A DNA stretch of 63,197 bases, counting the filler, from Octopus bimaculoides (taxonomy: Eukaryota), in the NCBI RefSeq assembly GCF_001194135.2. It is 5 parts of 5 records of this genome, joined end to end, with 100 filler letters (N's around TTAATTAATTAA, not from the genome) between each part and the next. Parts side by side here need not be neighbours in the genome. Positions count along the whole stretch, not along the records: positions 47,955 to 54,940 come from NC_068995.1; positions 55,041 to 60,755 come from NC_068990.1; positions 60,856 to 63,197 come from NC_068991.1; 2 more parts are not named here. The stretch is one strand, 5' to 3'. This document shows, piece after piece, positions 50,972-63,197 of this stretch; within the stretch, counting starts at the first letter, position 1; the number at the start of each line of letters is the position of its first letter. A model generated the notes under the pieces. That model had not been told where the DNA came from. It searched no databases and saw nothing but the letters and a program-made list of their open reading frames with translations. The position numbers and the translations under genes are program-made.

Positions 50972-52820
50972 GTGGTAGCGTGGTAAGAAGCTTACTTTCC
51001 AACCACATGGTTCCAGGTTCACTCCCACTGCTTGGAATCTTGGGCAAGTACCTTTTTCTTTAGCCTCGCGCCGATCAAAGCCTTGCGGGTGGATATCATA
51101 GGCGCGCAAGGGGTTCTGTGTTCGTGTCAGTGTGTTTTGTTATTTCCTGCACCATTTGCCAACCGGTGTTCTATTACCACCACCACCACCACCACCACCA
51201 CCACCACCACCACCACCACAAGCCCCATCATATTACAACATAAATTTACTGTATTTCGTCTCTCCTATTCTCTCTTCCTCAATCATGTCGATTCCTTTCG
51301 TTACGTCTAAAAATTAATTCTTAATCATTCGTTACAACTTTTCCATCTATTTAACATCTATTTGACAACTCAGGGTGATTTAATTTCCCATTACTTCCGG
51401 TCTTGGTTTACGAAATCCCTAACGTTATCAGTTTTTGAACCTCGAGGACTTCCGGTCTAATTTACGACGCCATTTTCCATCTATTTAGCAGCCGATTCTT
51501 CTAACTATGATTTCTATTAAAATTTTTGTTGCTTCCGGTCTGATTTATGGCAATCCTACCTTTTATTTAACCAGCATCTTAGCTTCTTTCATAAATTTCC
51601 CTGGGATCCGGTTTCATTTTACGTAAATTCTTAACATGGAGATAGCTCCCCACCCTCTCTCTCCCTCTCTCTCTCTTTCTCTCTCTCTCTCTCTTAGTCC
51701 TCTCTTCCCTGGTCACTGGTTGAATATCGTGCTCTGAAACTTAGTTCTCCTTGATAACCTGACACATGACATTAAAAATGTATACAGAAATGATTTATTT
51801 CTTAATTTTTGTTTTGTTTATAATTTCCAACATGAAACTGTGACTCCACGTCAAGTTCAGTAAGTACTCGAACTAACGCTGAAATAAAATCCAGACACCA
51901 TTTATTTTTATAGTATATGATATTATAGAGATAAATGTTTGCTTCTTTTTAAACTGATATCTTTACAGGTATTAGCTAACATTCATAGGCGATGCCCTCC
52001 ATACAAAAAAAAATGTGAAATATTGGGTTTGGGGGAATTCAAAGGCGGAAGAAAGTAACGAAAAGACTTTTCTAAGATATGCCGTATGTCGCAACAGGAC
52101 GCCCTCTACTCCACAAAGGAATTGAGGGCCCAAAACAAGCCCACAGTATTATTAAAATTTAGTAAAGGGGTGAGCTGGCTGAATTGTTAGCACGTTGGAA
52201 ACAATGCTTTGTGGCATTCCGTCCACCTTTACGCTCCGAGTTCAAATTCCAGCGAGGTCGACTTCGTCTTTCATCCTTTCAGGGTAGATAAAATAAGTAC
52301 CAGCCGATCACGAGGTTCGATGACCCGAGTGCAAAGCTGGTACTTACCTCCCACCACCCACGAAATTAATTACTGGCCTTGTGCCAAAATTTGAAACCAG
52401 TTTTACAGCACTGCCATTGCTAATTAGAGAAAGGAATTGTTCCTCTTGTGTGGTACCTATTTTCAGCCAGAAGGACTGAGCCATTTGAGTGCTTAGTGTC
52501 CTGGCCTCAGGCAAAACGCAGTATCTATGAGCCGAAACAAACAACCCTTTGCTTGGTTATCCTCTATATTATCCACCCGTTATCCGTACATAACTAATAC
52601 TCTTTCAATTCGATACCCGTATATAACTGACACATATTTTATCGACTCACTTCGTCCCAGAGAGGAAAAACAAATATGTTTTCTCCTACTGTATCTTGAA
52701 CTCAAAACATACAAAATGAATGACTCCAGAAATGAAAAACTCTGAAACATAAAAACGAATTCAGACGCAGTAACGTCTTTCCTGACGTTCTATCCCCTTT
52801 TCTTTTAGTTGTTGTTGTTG

Positions 52821-52867
<47 letters not shown>

Positions 52868-53679
52868 TGTTAAATGATAAAGCAAAACACCTCATTCTGG
52901 CGCAACTAATCGATAAATGGGATGTCACGTGACCGCTCGACTAATCAGTCATTTGACCGATTCGTTACTTGAAAATGGTTCAAGTGTTCAATTTAAGGAT
53001 TATCTCTGTCATGAGGATAAGCAAGTAACTGACAAGTCGGGTGGAATGGCTGGACAATTATTACTGTTGCAGCACGTATCTATATGGGGGCGGGNNNNNN
53101 NNNNNNNNNNNNNNNNNNNNNNNNNNNNNNNNNNNNNNNNNNNNNNNNNNNNNNNNNNNNNNNNNNNNNNNNNNNNNNNNNNNNNNNNNNNNNNNNNNNN
53201 NNNNNNNNNNNNNNNNNNNNNNNNNNNNGGGGGGGGGGAGTTGGCTGAGATAAGATTTTCCTATCGATTTCCATCGTAGGTGACAAGGCAACTGAGCAGT
53301 TCACCTTGGGTTTGATTGAGAGCCCTAAGTCAACCTCAATATCAGTTTTGATGGAGGGGACGTTTTACCGCTTGGTCATGTTCTTTTCTTGTATTTTATT
53401 ATTCTTATTTATTTATTTATTTATTTATTTATTTTCTCTGAAAGTTGTGGCTATTTAACCCCAGTTCAACCATGATCCAGGAGTCCTTTGATTAAAGGCG
53501 TTCTAGCCGTGACCGTCCTGTCTTTTTAGGAATAAGTAGGAGTAATTCAATGTGACTTAAAAAAATAGTTGGGTACGATTTGAGAGCAATTCAGTTGCTA
53601 TTTTTCGCAGATCAAGTCACCATCGTATTCAATTGATATTTCAAACCAATGCTTTTTTAAAATCTACAATCGTTGCCCT

Positions 53680-53720
<41 letters not shown>

Positions 53721-54035
53721 TCTACCGTTACATTAAGCTAAAGCAGTGTTACTCAAGAAGAGGAGAATACTCAATACATATATATGCAAATTACCCGGTC
53801 AATTCTCTTATATACATCCACACAAATATATGCAACAAGTCTCCCTCTCTCTCCCCCTCTTTCTGTCTCCTGATTTATCTCGCACACACATTCGCACATA
53901 CACATATAAATGTATTCACACTACGTATAGATGACACAAAAATTCACTCTTCCCATACAGAAGCATCCACAATGACAGACAACTGTATATACACACAAAT
54001 ACGCTATCACGTACACATTAACACAACCAAACACA

Positions 54036-54069
<34 letters not shown>

Positions 54070-54582
54070 TTACAGGGTTCATCAGAATCTAGGCGCATGA
54101 ACACGTAGGACCGACGTCAGAATTGGTCAGGAGCCATGTCGTTCTACAACTTCAAAGTTTGATGTTTTATCTCACTGACCTTCCTAGAAATGTTTTGGTT
54201 GGCCTGCCTGATTCATGCTCTCCACGGCAGGACACAGCTATAAAATAATTAAGATAACAACTTAAAAAATAGGATGGGTTTCACCGCTTTGCCCCTACAA
54301 TGTTCGTTTACAACTGTAATTTTCTCCATAAATGCTATTGTTCTTTTCTTTTTTTTTGAATATCACTTGTACATCATTTTAGTTGTTGAATAGGTCCTCT
54401 TAAAGGTTTCACCTTCCCTGTTTATACGTGTCTAAAATTTTACCTGAAGATAATGGATTTATGCAAGGTCGTCATCTATGAAAGCACCAATAAATTGCTA
54501 CTGAAACAGCTGTAGTAAATTTAAACCCAATTTGTGTTCTCATATAATAATAATGATGATGATGATGATGATGATGATAATA

Positions 54583-54871
54583 AAGGCCGAAACATAGACG
54601 TCACTTAAGTGAACAAGGACACTAAACAGCACCAGTATTGCTAGAAATAAGAGCCAAAATAACACAATATCCACAAATATCACCGCGTTAAGTATCAGAA
54701 TGCGAAATCATTGGTGACCTAGCTCTACAACCGTTCGGGGATTGTCTCCCTTGTCAGCTCATTAAGATAGTGCTTTTTGTGGCTATTGAGTTGTTTTGGC
54801 TCTTATTTCTACCAATACTGGTGCTGTTTAGTGCTCCCTGTTCACTTAAGTGACTTATATGTTTCGGCCTT
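54583..54871. mobile_element. Foldback MITE with ~80-bp TIRs, TA-flanked
   Basis: aaggccgaaacatagacgtcacttaagtgaac...gagccaaaataac is matched by the reverse complement of ~54790-54871 with few differences. TA at both ends. Confidence 0.8.
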
Positions 54872-54900
54872 TAGGTTATGGAATTGCGAATTAGCCACCC

Positions 54901-54940
<40 letters not shown>

Positions 54941-55084
54941 NNNNNNNNNNNNNNNNNNNNNNNNNNNNNNNNNNNNNNNNNNNNTTAATTAATTAANNNN
55001 NNNNNNNNNNNNNNNNNNNNNNNNNNNNNNNNNNNNNNNNTACTGTTGGTACATTCATGCTTCTACTTAAAGCATTTCTTTTCT

Positions 55085-55382
55085 TTTCGTCGTCCTTTCA
55101 AAGCCTAGCCAGGCTCATGGGCCCGGTTTCCCGGTTTCTATGGCGTATTTGTTCCCCGCCAGCTGGACGGAACGCCAGTCCATCGCATCATTACTCAAGA
55201 AAGAGTGAGAGAAAGTTAGGGCGAAAGAGTACAACAGGGGTCGTCACCACCCCTTGCCAGAGCCTCGTGGAGCTTAGGTGTTTTCGCTGAATAAACACTC
55301 ACAACGCCCGGTCTGGGAATCGAAACCGCGATCCTCCGACCGCGAGTCCGCTGCCCTAACCACTGGGCCATTGCGCCTCCAC
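55085..55382 (-). mobile_element. SINE with family B head but a different 3' module
   Basis: Shares the head and about 170 nt with family B, then switches to gcgatggactggcgttccgtccagctgg... Confidence 0.75.
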
Positions 55383-56141
55383 ACTTGAAGCATTTACTGT
55401 TGTAAAAAGAAAGGCTTTTATCGACCGAGAAACAAAGTTGGTCCCCGGGTTTTCGCTCTATAAGCATCTTGTCTACTTAGGATCCATTATTACACGGACT
55501 GCGTTGCACGCCATTACACTGGTGCTCCGCAATCTTTCTTCACTTGCGTCACACTTACATTCATTGCAAAATTCTGTGGCACACCTGAACTAAAAATATG
55601 ACTAAAAGTATAGGGAAGAAAATTATATTCAGGTTACACTGTGGCGCACCTAGCATCGTCTCGTGGCACACCAGTGTGCTGCGGCATACCGGTTGCGGAA
55701 ATCGACTATCCTCCTCCACTCGAGGTATCTAACCATGACCACCTCATCTTTTTTGACTACGTAGTGTGTAGCTTTCTTTACTGAAGATGACTGTGTGGCG
55801 TGGTATGAGGGAGTTCGAGCTACTATTTCAAACGACCGCTTACTAGTATGATTACTGACTCATAGCAGCCTTTGTTGTGTTGTTTACTTGGAAGAAGTCT
55901 GTTATAATGACTTAGGTGGGCCCCATGATGGGTTTAGTGGTGGAGGTTAAGGCTGATCAAACGATGGTGGGTGGATGGGTGGGTGGTAGTCGGTGTGACA
56001 ATAGTGGGACCAGTAAAGGGGACATCTTATGGCAGTTTATTAACTTACTCCATTAATTTGTGTTTATCCGGATGTAAGTGTGGGTTTCTCCTCTTAGCTT
56101 TTTAACAATTTCTGATCACTTAGCATTTGCACGTCTACAGT

Positions 56142-56179
<38 letters not shown>

Positions 56180-56504
56180 GTATGTATGTATGGATGGATG
56201 TATTTATATATATATNNNNNNNNNNNNNNNNNNNNNNNNNNNNNNNNNNNNNNNNNNNNNNNNNNNNNNNNNNNNNNNNNNNNNNNNNNNNNNNNNNNNN
56301 NNNNNNNNNNNNNNNNNNNNNNNNNNNNNNNNNNNNNNNNNNNNNNNNNNNNNNNNNNNNNNNNNNNNNNNNNNNNNNNNNNNNNNNNNNNNNNNNNNNN
56401 NNNNNNNNNNNNNNNNNNNNNNNNNNNNNNNNNNNNNNNNNNNNNNNNNNNNNNNNNNNNNNNNNNNNNNNNNNNNNNNNNNNNNNNNNNNNNNNNNNNN
56501 NNNN

Positions 56505-56544
<40 letters not shown>

Positions 56545-57452
56545 CGCTTGCGCATTTGGAGATGGCATTTTGTCAAGCATTGTTCGAACCTAATGTAATG
56601 TAATGTTTCACAAATGACACTGTTTTGTCTCTCCATCTATCTCTTTTCCTCCCTCTGTAATGTGTTTGTGTGTGTGTGTGTCTGGATCTCCTTTTTTGTT
56701 TGTTTTTGTTAATGCCTTAGGAAAGTACTCTTGACCCTTTATAGGGTCTCTGAGACTGGTGGCAGCAAAGGAAAAAATTATTCCCAGACCAACGATTGGG
56801 CTTGAATTCTTGTAACAGAATAGAGACCGCTGCGGGTGTCCAGGGGCCAAGTGTTGGTATTAAACTGGTTTACAGATTTTGTATGTATTTATGTGTATGT
56901 GTGTGTGTGTGTGAATATATATGTGTATACGTGTGTGTACATGTGTGAATGTCTTAGTGCGTGTGTGAGTATGGATGCGTATGAGTGTTATGTACACGTC
57001 TCAAATGGAAACAGTTCAGATCAAAAATCTAATTACTTAAGCAGTATTGTTTAATTAGATGCCGTTAACCAAAGCTAAGTCATTAAAAGTGAGACTAAAT
57101 CAGAAACATTTTGATTGAAACCAGGCCCCACCACATGCTCCCTTTCACACAGCTTTACTCTTCTATTGTGTTTTCGTTTATACAAATGCTTTAAAGATGG
57201 TCACCTTCCCCTCATTGACCGAGTTTTGCAGTCAGTCTAATATACACTTCTAGCAAAGTGACCGATAACGTAATTAATTTCGTGAGCTGAGGAATTTAAA
57301 TTAATTAGAATTACGGCTTTTGTTGTTACCACCCCTCAGTCTTAAAAAACTATGGAGTGCCCCTATGGAGAAGAATGAAGAATAACTCCTGGAATGTCTG
57401 TGAGGTCCTATTCTCAACCTCCCTACTGCCTCAGGCGTGTGTGTATAAATAA

Positions 57453-57512
<60 letters not shown>

Positions 57513-57809
57513 TGCCTGTGTGTGTGTGTGTAATTCAGGTGCAGGTAACTTTGGTGGAGACAGTGTTAAGACAGTTTTCATTGTCGCTGTTTTCGTATGT
57601 TGTATGTTGACATATATAAATTTGAAGAGTCTTCATACAAATGCTGAATTTTTTCTGAATCCGTCTGTTTCAGATTTCTTTAATGTTTTTACACTGTTTA
57701 CAATATTGCTTGTGGAAGTTTGCTGACTTAAACCAGTGAGAAAAAATAACTTTTGTTATGACAAGAGAAATTCTTGCGAATTCTTTGCAGAATCTGGACT
57801 TCATTTTGT

Positions 57810-57859
<50 letters not shown>

Positions 57860-59431
57860 CGTTTTATTTTAGTGAGTTTATTAGATTCCACGTATTTCAT
57901 TTTACATGTGTTTAAAATGTGTGGGTGAATTGGTGACGATGATAAATCACGCCCCCTGTGTCATGTACCAAGTCTTGATTACTCTTTTACCGCATGAAAT
58001 AAAGATAACATTGGCTGCACCTATTTACTAAAACGAAACCTCCTCCAAAATATCACAGTATAAATACTTTATTTGATATACAGTTTTGATTAAGATGTGT
58101 ATACATAGGGGTGGGCCCATGAACAAGCATCTTAATAGACAGCTTTTATTTTTCGAAATAAATATTGAAGTTTAACATCTGAATCACATCACATTTATCT
58201 TTCATTCATCTGTAGTCGTTTACGCAATATATGGGCTATTTACATCTTAATTATAGAGCAAGTGTTTGATTGAGTTTTCTGACAATTGCCTATTTTTTTT
58301 TTTTTAGTATAAATTAGTCAGAGGAAGTATGGTTCCATTGATCTCTTTTTCTGGCTCTTCAAGACTAGTAGCAGGAAGTGATGAAGTTGTCCTTTAATTG
58401 CAGATATAGCTCAGGTGTTGTCAACAGAGTAGACTCCGCTAACAATACCCAATTTTCACATGACAATGTTAAACCGAACGACGGATTAAATCTATCTCTC
58501 GAGTATTGACACGATCCCTTCAACGAGATTCCTTAAACATTTCGAAAATGTCCACAAAGTTTCACTCATAATTTGTAATTGTGTTAATGCAGCACCTGGT
58601 AGAAAGCATTTGAACAGGATACCGCACAGTTGACATTGAACCAGAAACCACATAGTTGTGAAGCAAACTTAACGAAACAGCCACGCTTGCATTTCGAGTA
58701 TAACTCTCCACTCGAGTGAAGTAGTGAATGAATTTTATGAATGAAATATTTCCGTATTCTGATGGACTAGGAACTGAAATTTGAGATATTATCTTCTACC
58801 GAACTTGGCAACATAACGGTTATTGACCGACTTAGATAAGGGCTCTCAGGACACTAGCGATATTTGTGTCAACAAGAAAAGACTTTTGATGGAAGGAGAA
58901 TGATTTTATATTATTACTAACATACGCAAAGGAGGGTCGCCATTTGTATTCGGTGTTCAGTGTATCTAGTGCAAAGCACTTAGCGCACGGGCGCGAGAAC
59001 GCACATGCATACGTGTGTGTGTGTGTGTGTGTGCAGACTGGTTTTAGCAAGAATTCTGGGATTAGGTCACAGTTGTGGTGGTGAGAGAGAGAGAATGGGC
59101 TCAGGTGGAAGGACATCAATATGGGCGAAAATTGTAGAAAACTCATTGCAATACAAATTTTGTAAAGAAAATTCAGAACGGAACGAGGAAACGACGAAAA
59201 AAAGAAGGAAAGACAAGGACTGATGGAAATACCTGTCATTAGCCATGGAAATTTAGACTACGAGCGCAGTTTCGGCACGTTTCAAGTCCGAAAACTTTAA
59301 GTTCAAATTGCGCAAATGATACAGTTAATATCGCTGAGGTAATGGACAAATATGAGCAACACGTGGACGACAATAATGATAATATCGAAAAACACCTTAG
59401 GAACGAGAACCCAGGTTCGAAATTTCCCCAA

Positions 59432-59477
59432 GACGCCTGATGAAGGCTGGAGGGTATATCAGCCGAAATGTTGTGTT
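59432..59477 (+). ncRNA. Minimal hammerhead-like motif, second family (Penelope-type terminal repeat)
   Basis: GACGC-CTGATGA-A-GGCTG(GAGGGTATAT)CAGCC-GAAA-TG-TT-GTGTT. Stem I has 5 bp including wobbles and stem II has 5 bp. Helix III AATGTT is likely a decayed AACGTT palindrome. Confidence 0.6.
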
Positions 59478-60855
59478 GACAACAAACAAGATGAGGACAA
59501 ATATCTGTCAAATTTAAATAATATTCAGTTGATATCATGAGGTTTGTGTGATGCAGTTTGACCAGCGACTGGAAGGAGAGACTCGGGCAATAACCATGAT
59601 AATAATAAGGACGAAGCATATGTTAACTCTCAACTTCCATATTTTCTCTCCTACTTCTGTGACAATGACTCACAACTTAAGGCTAGAATAAAGAACATTT
59701 TGTTACTGTTGTTACTTCTTCCCCTCCCCCCTGCTTTCAAATAAGTTCTTTCCTTCCTTCTTTCTTGGGCGATGTATTTTAAACTCTGGGTCAGCCATCA
59801 ATCTACCCACCGCTCGTTCCTCCCCCGTTACCGCGCGCTCTCTGTCCGCCTATCTCTTCTCTTCCTCTCTATGCTCTGTCTGTCTGTTTCCCTCCTCTCT
59901 CAGGCCCTATTTTCTCTATATCTCTTTCTCACTTTCTTTCTCTCTTTTTCTCCAGTTCCTTCTCTGTAATGGGCGATGTCTTCTAAACCCTGTCAACCCC
60001 CGCCTTCTCTCTCTTTCCACTTCATCTTCTGTGAAGTGTTTGTTTGTTTCCCGTGGCTCCATGTGGAGAATGTGTCCACATCATTATTTAACGCTAACGA
60101 AAACTGTGCTGAATGGGTGGGCGTTGCCAAAGCAACAAACAAACCAACAGTTTGGAATATACAGGAAATTTGTGTTTGTAGGCATGGGTACATGTGTATC
60201 GGAATGGTTGCATGTATTTACATATTTCGTGTGTGTGTGTGTGTTTTAATTCCTTAATTAGACGAAGATGTATATGTACATAACACATACATGCACATAA
60301 ACACATACATACATATACTTGCATACGCAAATATACATGCATACACAAAAGATGCATAAACACAAACAATTCAGCTGAGGTAAAAAAAAAAAAATTACGG
60401 AAATTGTCGAACAAATTTTCAGTTTTGATATACTTTCTCCGAAAGATCGTCAGTAAGATTTATTATTTTTTTTTCGACTTTTTAAACTTGTTCAACATCA
60501 TGGCGAAGAAAGAATGGTGGAGCTGGGTGACAGTCACCCCCCTCCCCCACCGCAACAAAAACCGAGCTTTCGGAATTTTTTTTTTCAGCGGATTCCTAGG
60601 TTTTCGACGGCGAAAAATTCTTCAAGGCGGTACCCCAGCATGGCCGTACTCAAATGACAGCAATAAGATTAAAAAAAAAGGTCTGCTCAATCGGTGGGCG
60701 GTAGCAAAGTAAATCATAACCCGGTCTAACGAAATCATAACCCTCCGCCGCCTCCNNNNNNNNNNNNNNNNNNNNNNNNNNNNNNNNNNNNNNNNNNNNT
60801 TAATTAATTAANNNNNNNNNNNNNNNNNNNNNNNNNNNNNNNNNNNNNNNNNNNN

Positions 60856-60949
<94 letters not shown>

Positions 60950-61771
60950 TAGTCCCCTGGTATTGTAGTGAAACAGCAGTCGTAAACTTTAAATCCCATT
61001 TGTCTTACTTTTTTATAACTACGCCGCACCTTGAAACAACTCTGAAGCGGATTTACGGTTTCAGTTGGATTTTGCACTTACATATCTACAGTATCCTACC
61101 AACACAAGATGCCTTCGTGTTTGTTTCATCGCACACTCAATCCTATGTTTTTGTACCTAATCATTTCTAGCGTCTTACCTGTTTGTGTACCTAGATTCTA
61201 TTGAATCTTACAGCTAATCAATATGTGTGTGCGTGAGTGTGTGTATACCTATATATACGTATATGTATATTTGCATGCAAGTAAATGCATATATGTGTGC
61301 ATGCATGTATGTGCATATATACATATATATATATATGTACACACACACCTCCATGATTATACATATATAAGTAATTGCATTGATATAATAAATTCATGTT
61401 GAACACAAAAGTTCTTGTAAAAAAAATGCTGGAACAACGCAAAGGAATTGGCAATCAAATGCTTATAAATTATCTCCCCTTGTGAATGTATTCATTTTGG
61501 AATTCCGAATAGTTTTATGTAACCTCATTCAAAATAGAGGCGATTACGAGCATTTTTAAATGGCTCGCTTGAAAATTGTGGAAATTCTTCCACCTGAAAT
61601 CATTGGCAGCGTCGATTATCTACAAATAAGGTGTATACATACATACATTCATACATACATACATACATATATATATANNNNNNNNNNNNNNNNNNNNNNN
61701 NNNNNNNNNNNNNNATATATATATTTAAACAAACATACACACATATATACATATATAAACATTTATATACG

Positions 61772-61810
<39 letters not shown>

Positions 61811-62325
61811 TTTCAGACACTGGTGACCCGAATGTGTTAAATGAATTGAAAGTAACCATCACCGACAGGAACTCCTGTAATTCAAGTTGGCAAGGATTAA
61901 TTCTATCCAGTCATATCTGTATCGGAAATGGTGTGACTGGAGCATGCGCTGTAAGTAAGATAATGCATTGCCTTCATTTGACTTCGTTCTTTCTGTACTT
62001 TGTTTCTTTGTATGTTTTCTTTTCTAGCATTACGCTTGTGTAACCATAAGATCCAGAAATCTTAAAAGGGAAGTCAAAATGTATCTTCCACTTGTTTCAG
62101 TCATTGGACTCCGGACATACTGGAGCTATGGCTTGAAGTGTGTTAAGAGAACAAATCGCCCCAATACGCGCCGGTCGCTCCGATTTGAATTCAAATTCCA
62201 CCGAGGTCTACTTTACCTTTCATCTTTCCGGGATCGATAAAATAAGTTCCAGTTGAACACTGCGGTCGATGAAATTGATTCATTCCCTCCCCCAAAATTG
62301 CTGCCCTTGTGGCAAAATTTGAAAC

Positions 62326-62371
<46 letters not shown>

Positions 62372-63197
62372 GTTATTATGGTTATTATTACTGACCGAGG
62401 TCGACTTTACCTTTCATCCTTTCGGAGTCGGTAAAATAAGTACCAGTTGAACACTGCGGTCGATGTAATCTACTCATTCCCTTTCCCCATAATGGCTGCC
62501 TTTGTGGCAAAACTGGAAATCATTATTATTATGACATCAACGTAAAGCTGGGGTAAAATATACAAAGCCCAGTATACCCATAGCTTGATAAGTGTTCATA
62601 CATCACAACCATATGTGCACGACACAGTGATCTCATATTATGATAAATAACGCATAACCTTACAGGTGGGGCCCAACTAGATTTTCTTCAGGTCGAGTAG
62701 CCCATTCTGCTCAAAAGGTCCCTGAATAACGGTTGTTTAAGGATATATTCAAAGGTGAATTAACCAAACCCCAAAGAATTCCTCTAAACACATGGCTATG
62801 ATGCTCCCCCCACTACTTCTGCTCGTGATCAGAAATGCACATATCATCATCCACTAAGGGACATGCTCAACTGGTTAAGGTCAAACAATTATTATTATTT
62901 GGTCAAATTATTATAAGGTCATATAATTATTATTATTATTGACCGAGGTCGACTTTACCTTTCATCCTTTCGGGGTCAATGAAATAAGAACCAGTTGAAC
63001 ACTGAGGTCGATGTAATCGACTCACCCCCATCTCCCCCAAGCTGCCCTTGTGGCAAACATTTGAAATGAAAATAATCATTATTAATTGATAAATTAATTA
63101 ATTAAGGCGGCTGGCTGGTATAATCGTGATCACGCCGGAGAAAATTCATAGCAGAAAGAATTATTATTACTTATACTAATTTTAAAGAAAGCGAGCC

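Noticed and set aside
55515-55710. Possible hAT-like MITE
   Set aside because: Only ~7 terminal bases match as inverted repeats and no TSD was found; too weak to call.
57520-57900. Hydrophobic short ORFs on both strands
   Set aside because: No family motif (no MxxxM or GxxxG in the CTR arrangement) and no convincing splice sites.

Overview
Gappy, AT-rich, microsatellite- and SINE-dense eukaryotic scaffold. The repeat landscape and the gene point to a coleoid cephalopod, most likely Octopus (inference). The only host gene I can support is a + strand CTR/SLC31 copper transporter (CTR1-like). It has three clear coding exons (21510-21665, 25920-25986, 29660-29834) and one probable 54-nt in-frame exon (36830-36883). 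The terminal TM2/TM3 exon is not visible in the called bases. The rest is mobile DNA: an internally deleted Ty3/Gypsy LTR element nested in an R4/Dong-like LINE, a Tx1/L1-type LINE, RTE LINE pieces, a Helitron helicase remnant, hAT, mariner-like and foldback MITEs, and four SINE-like families. The most interesting signal is a set of minimal type-I hammerhead ribozyme folds in three repeat families. The best family has three copies (1970-2014 -, 31196-31240 +, 42854-42898 -) with a CCGACGA (U4C) core, a palindromic helix III and a compensatory stem-I base-pair swap. The copy in CTR1 intron 3 is in sense orientation and appears to be a head-to-tail tandem with a ~363-nt period, resembling a retrozyme or Penelope-type element. 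All alignments, counts and folds were done by eye.
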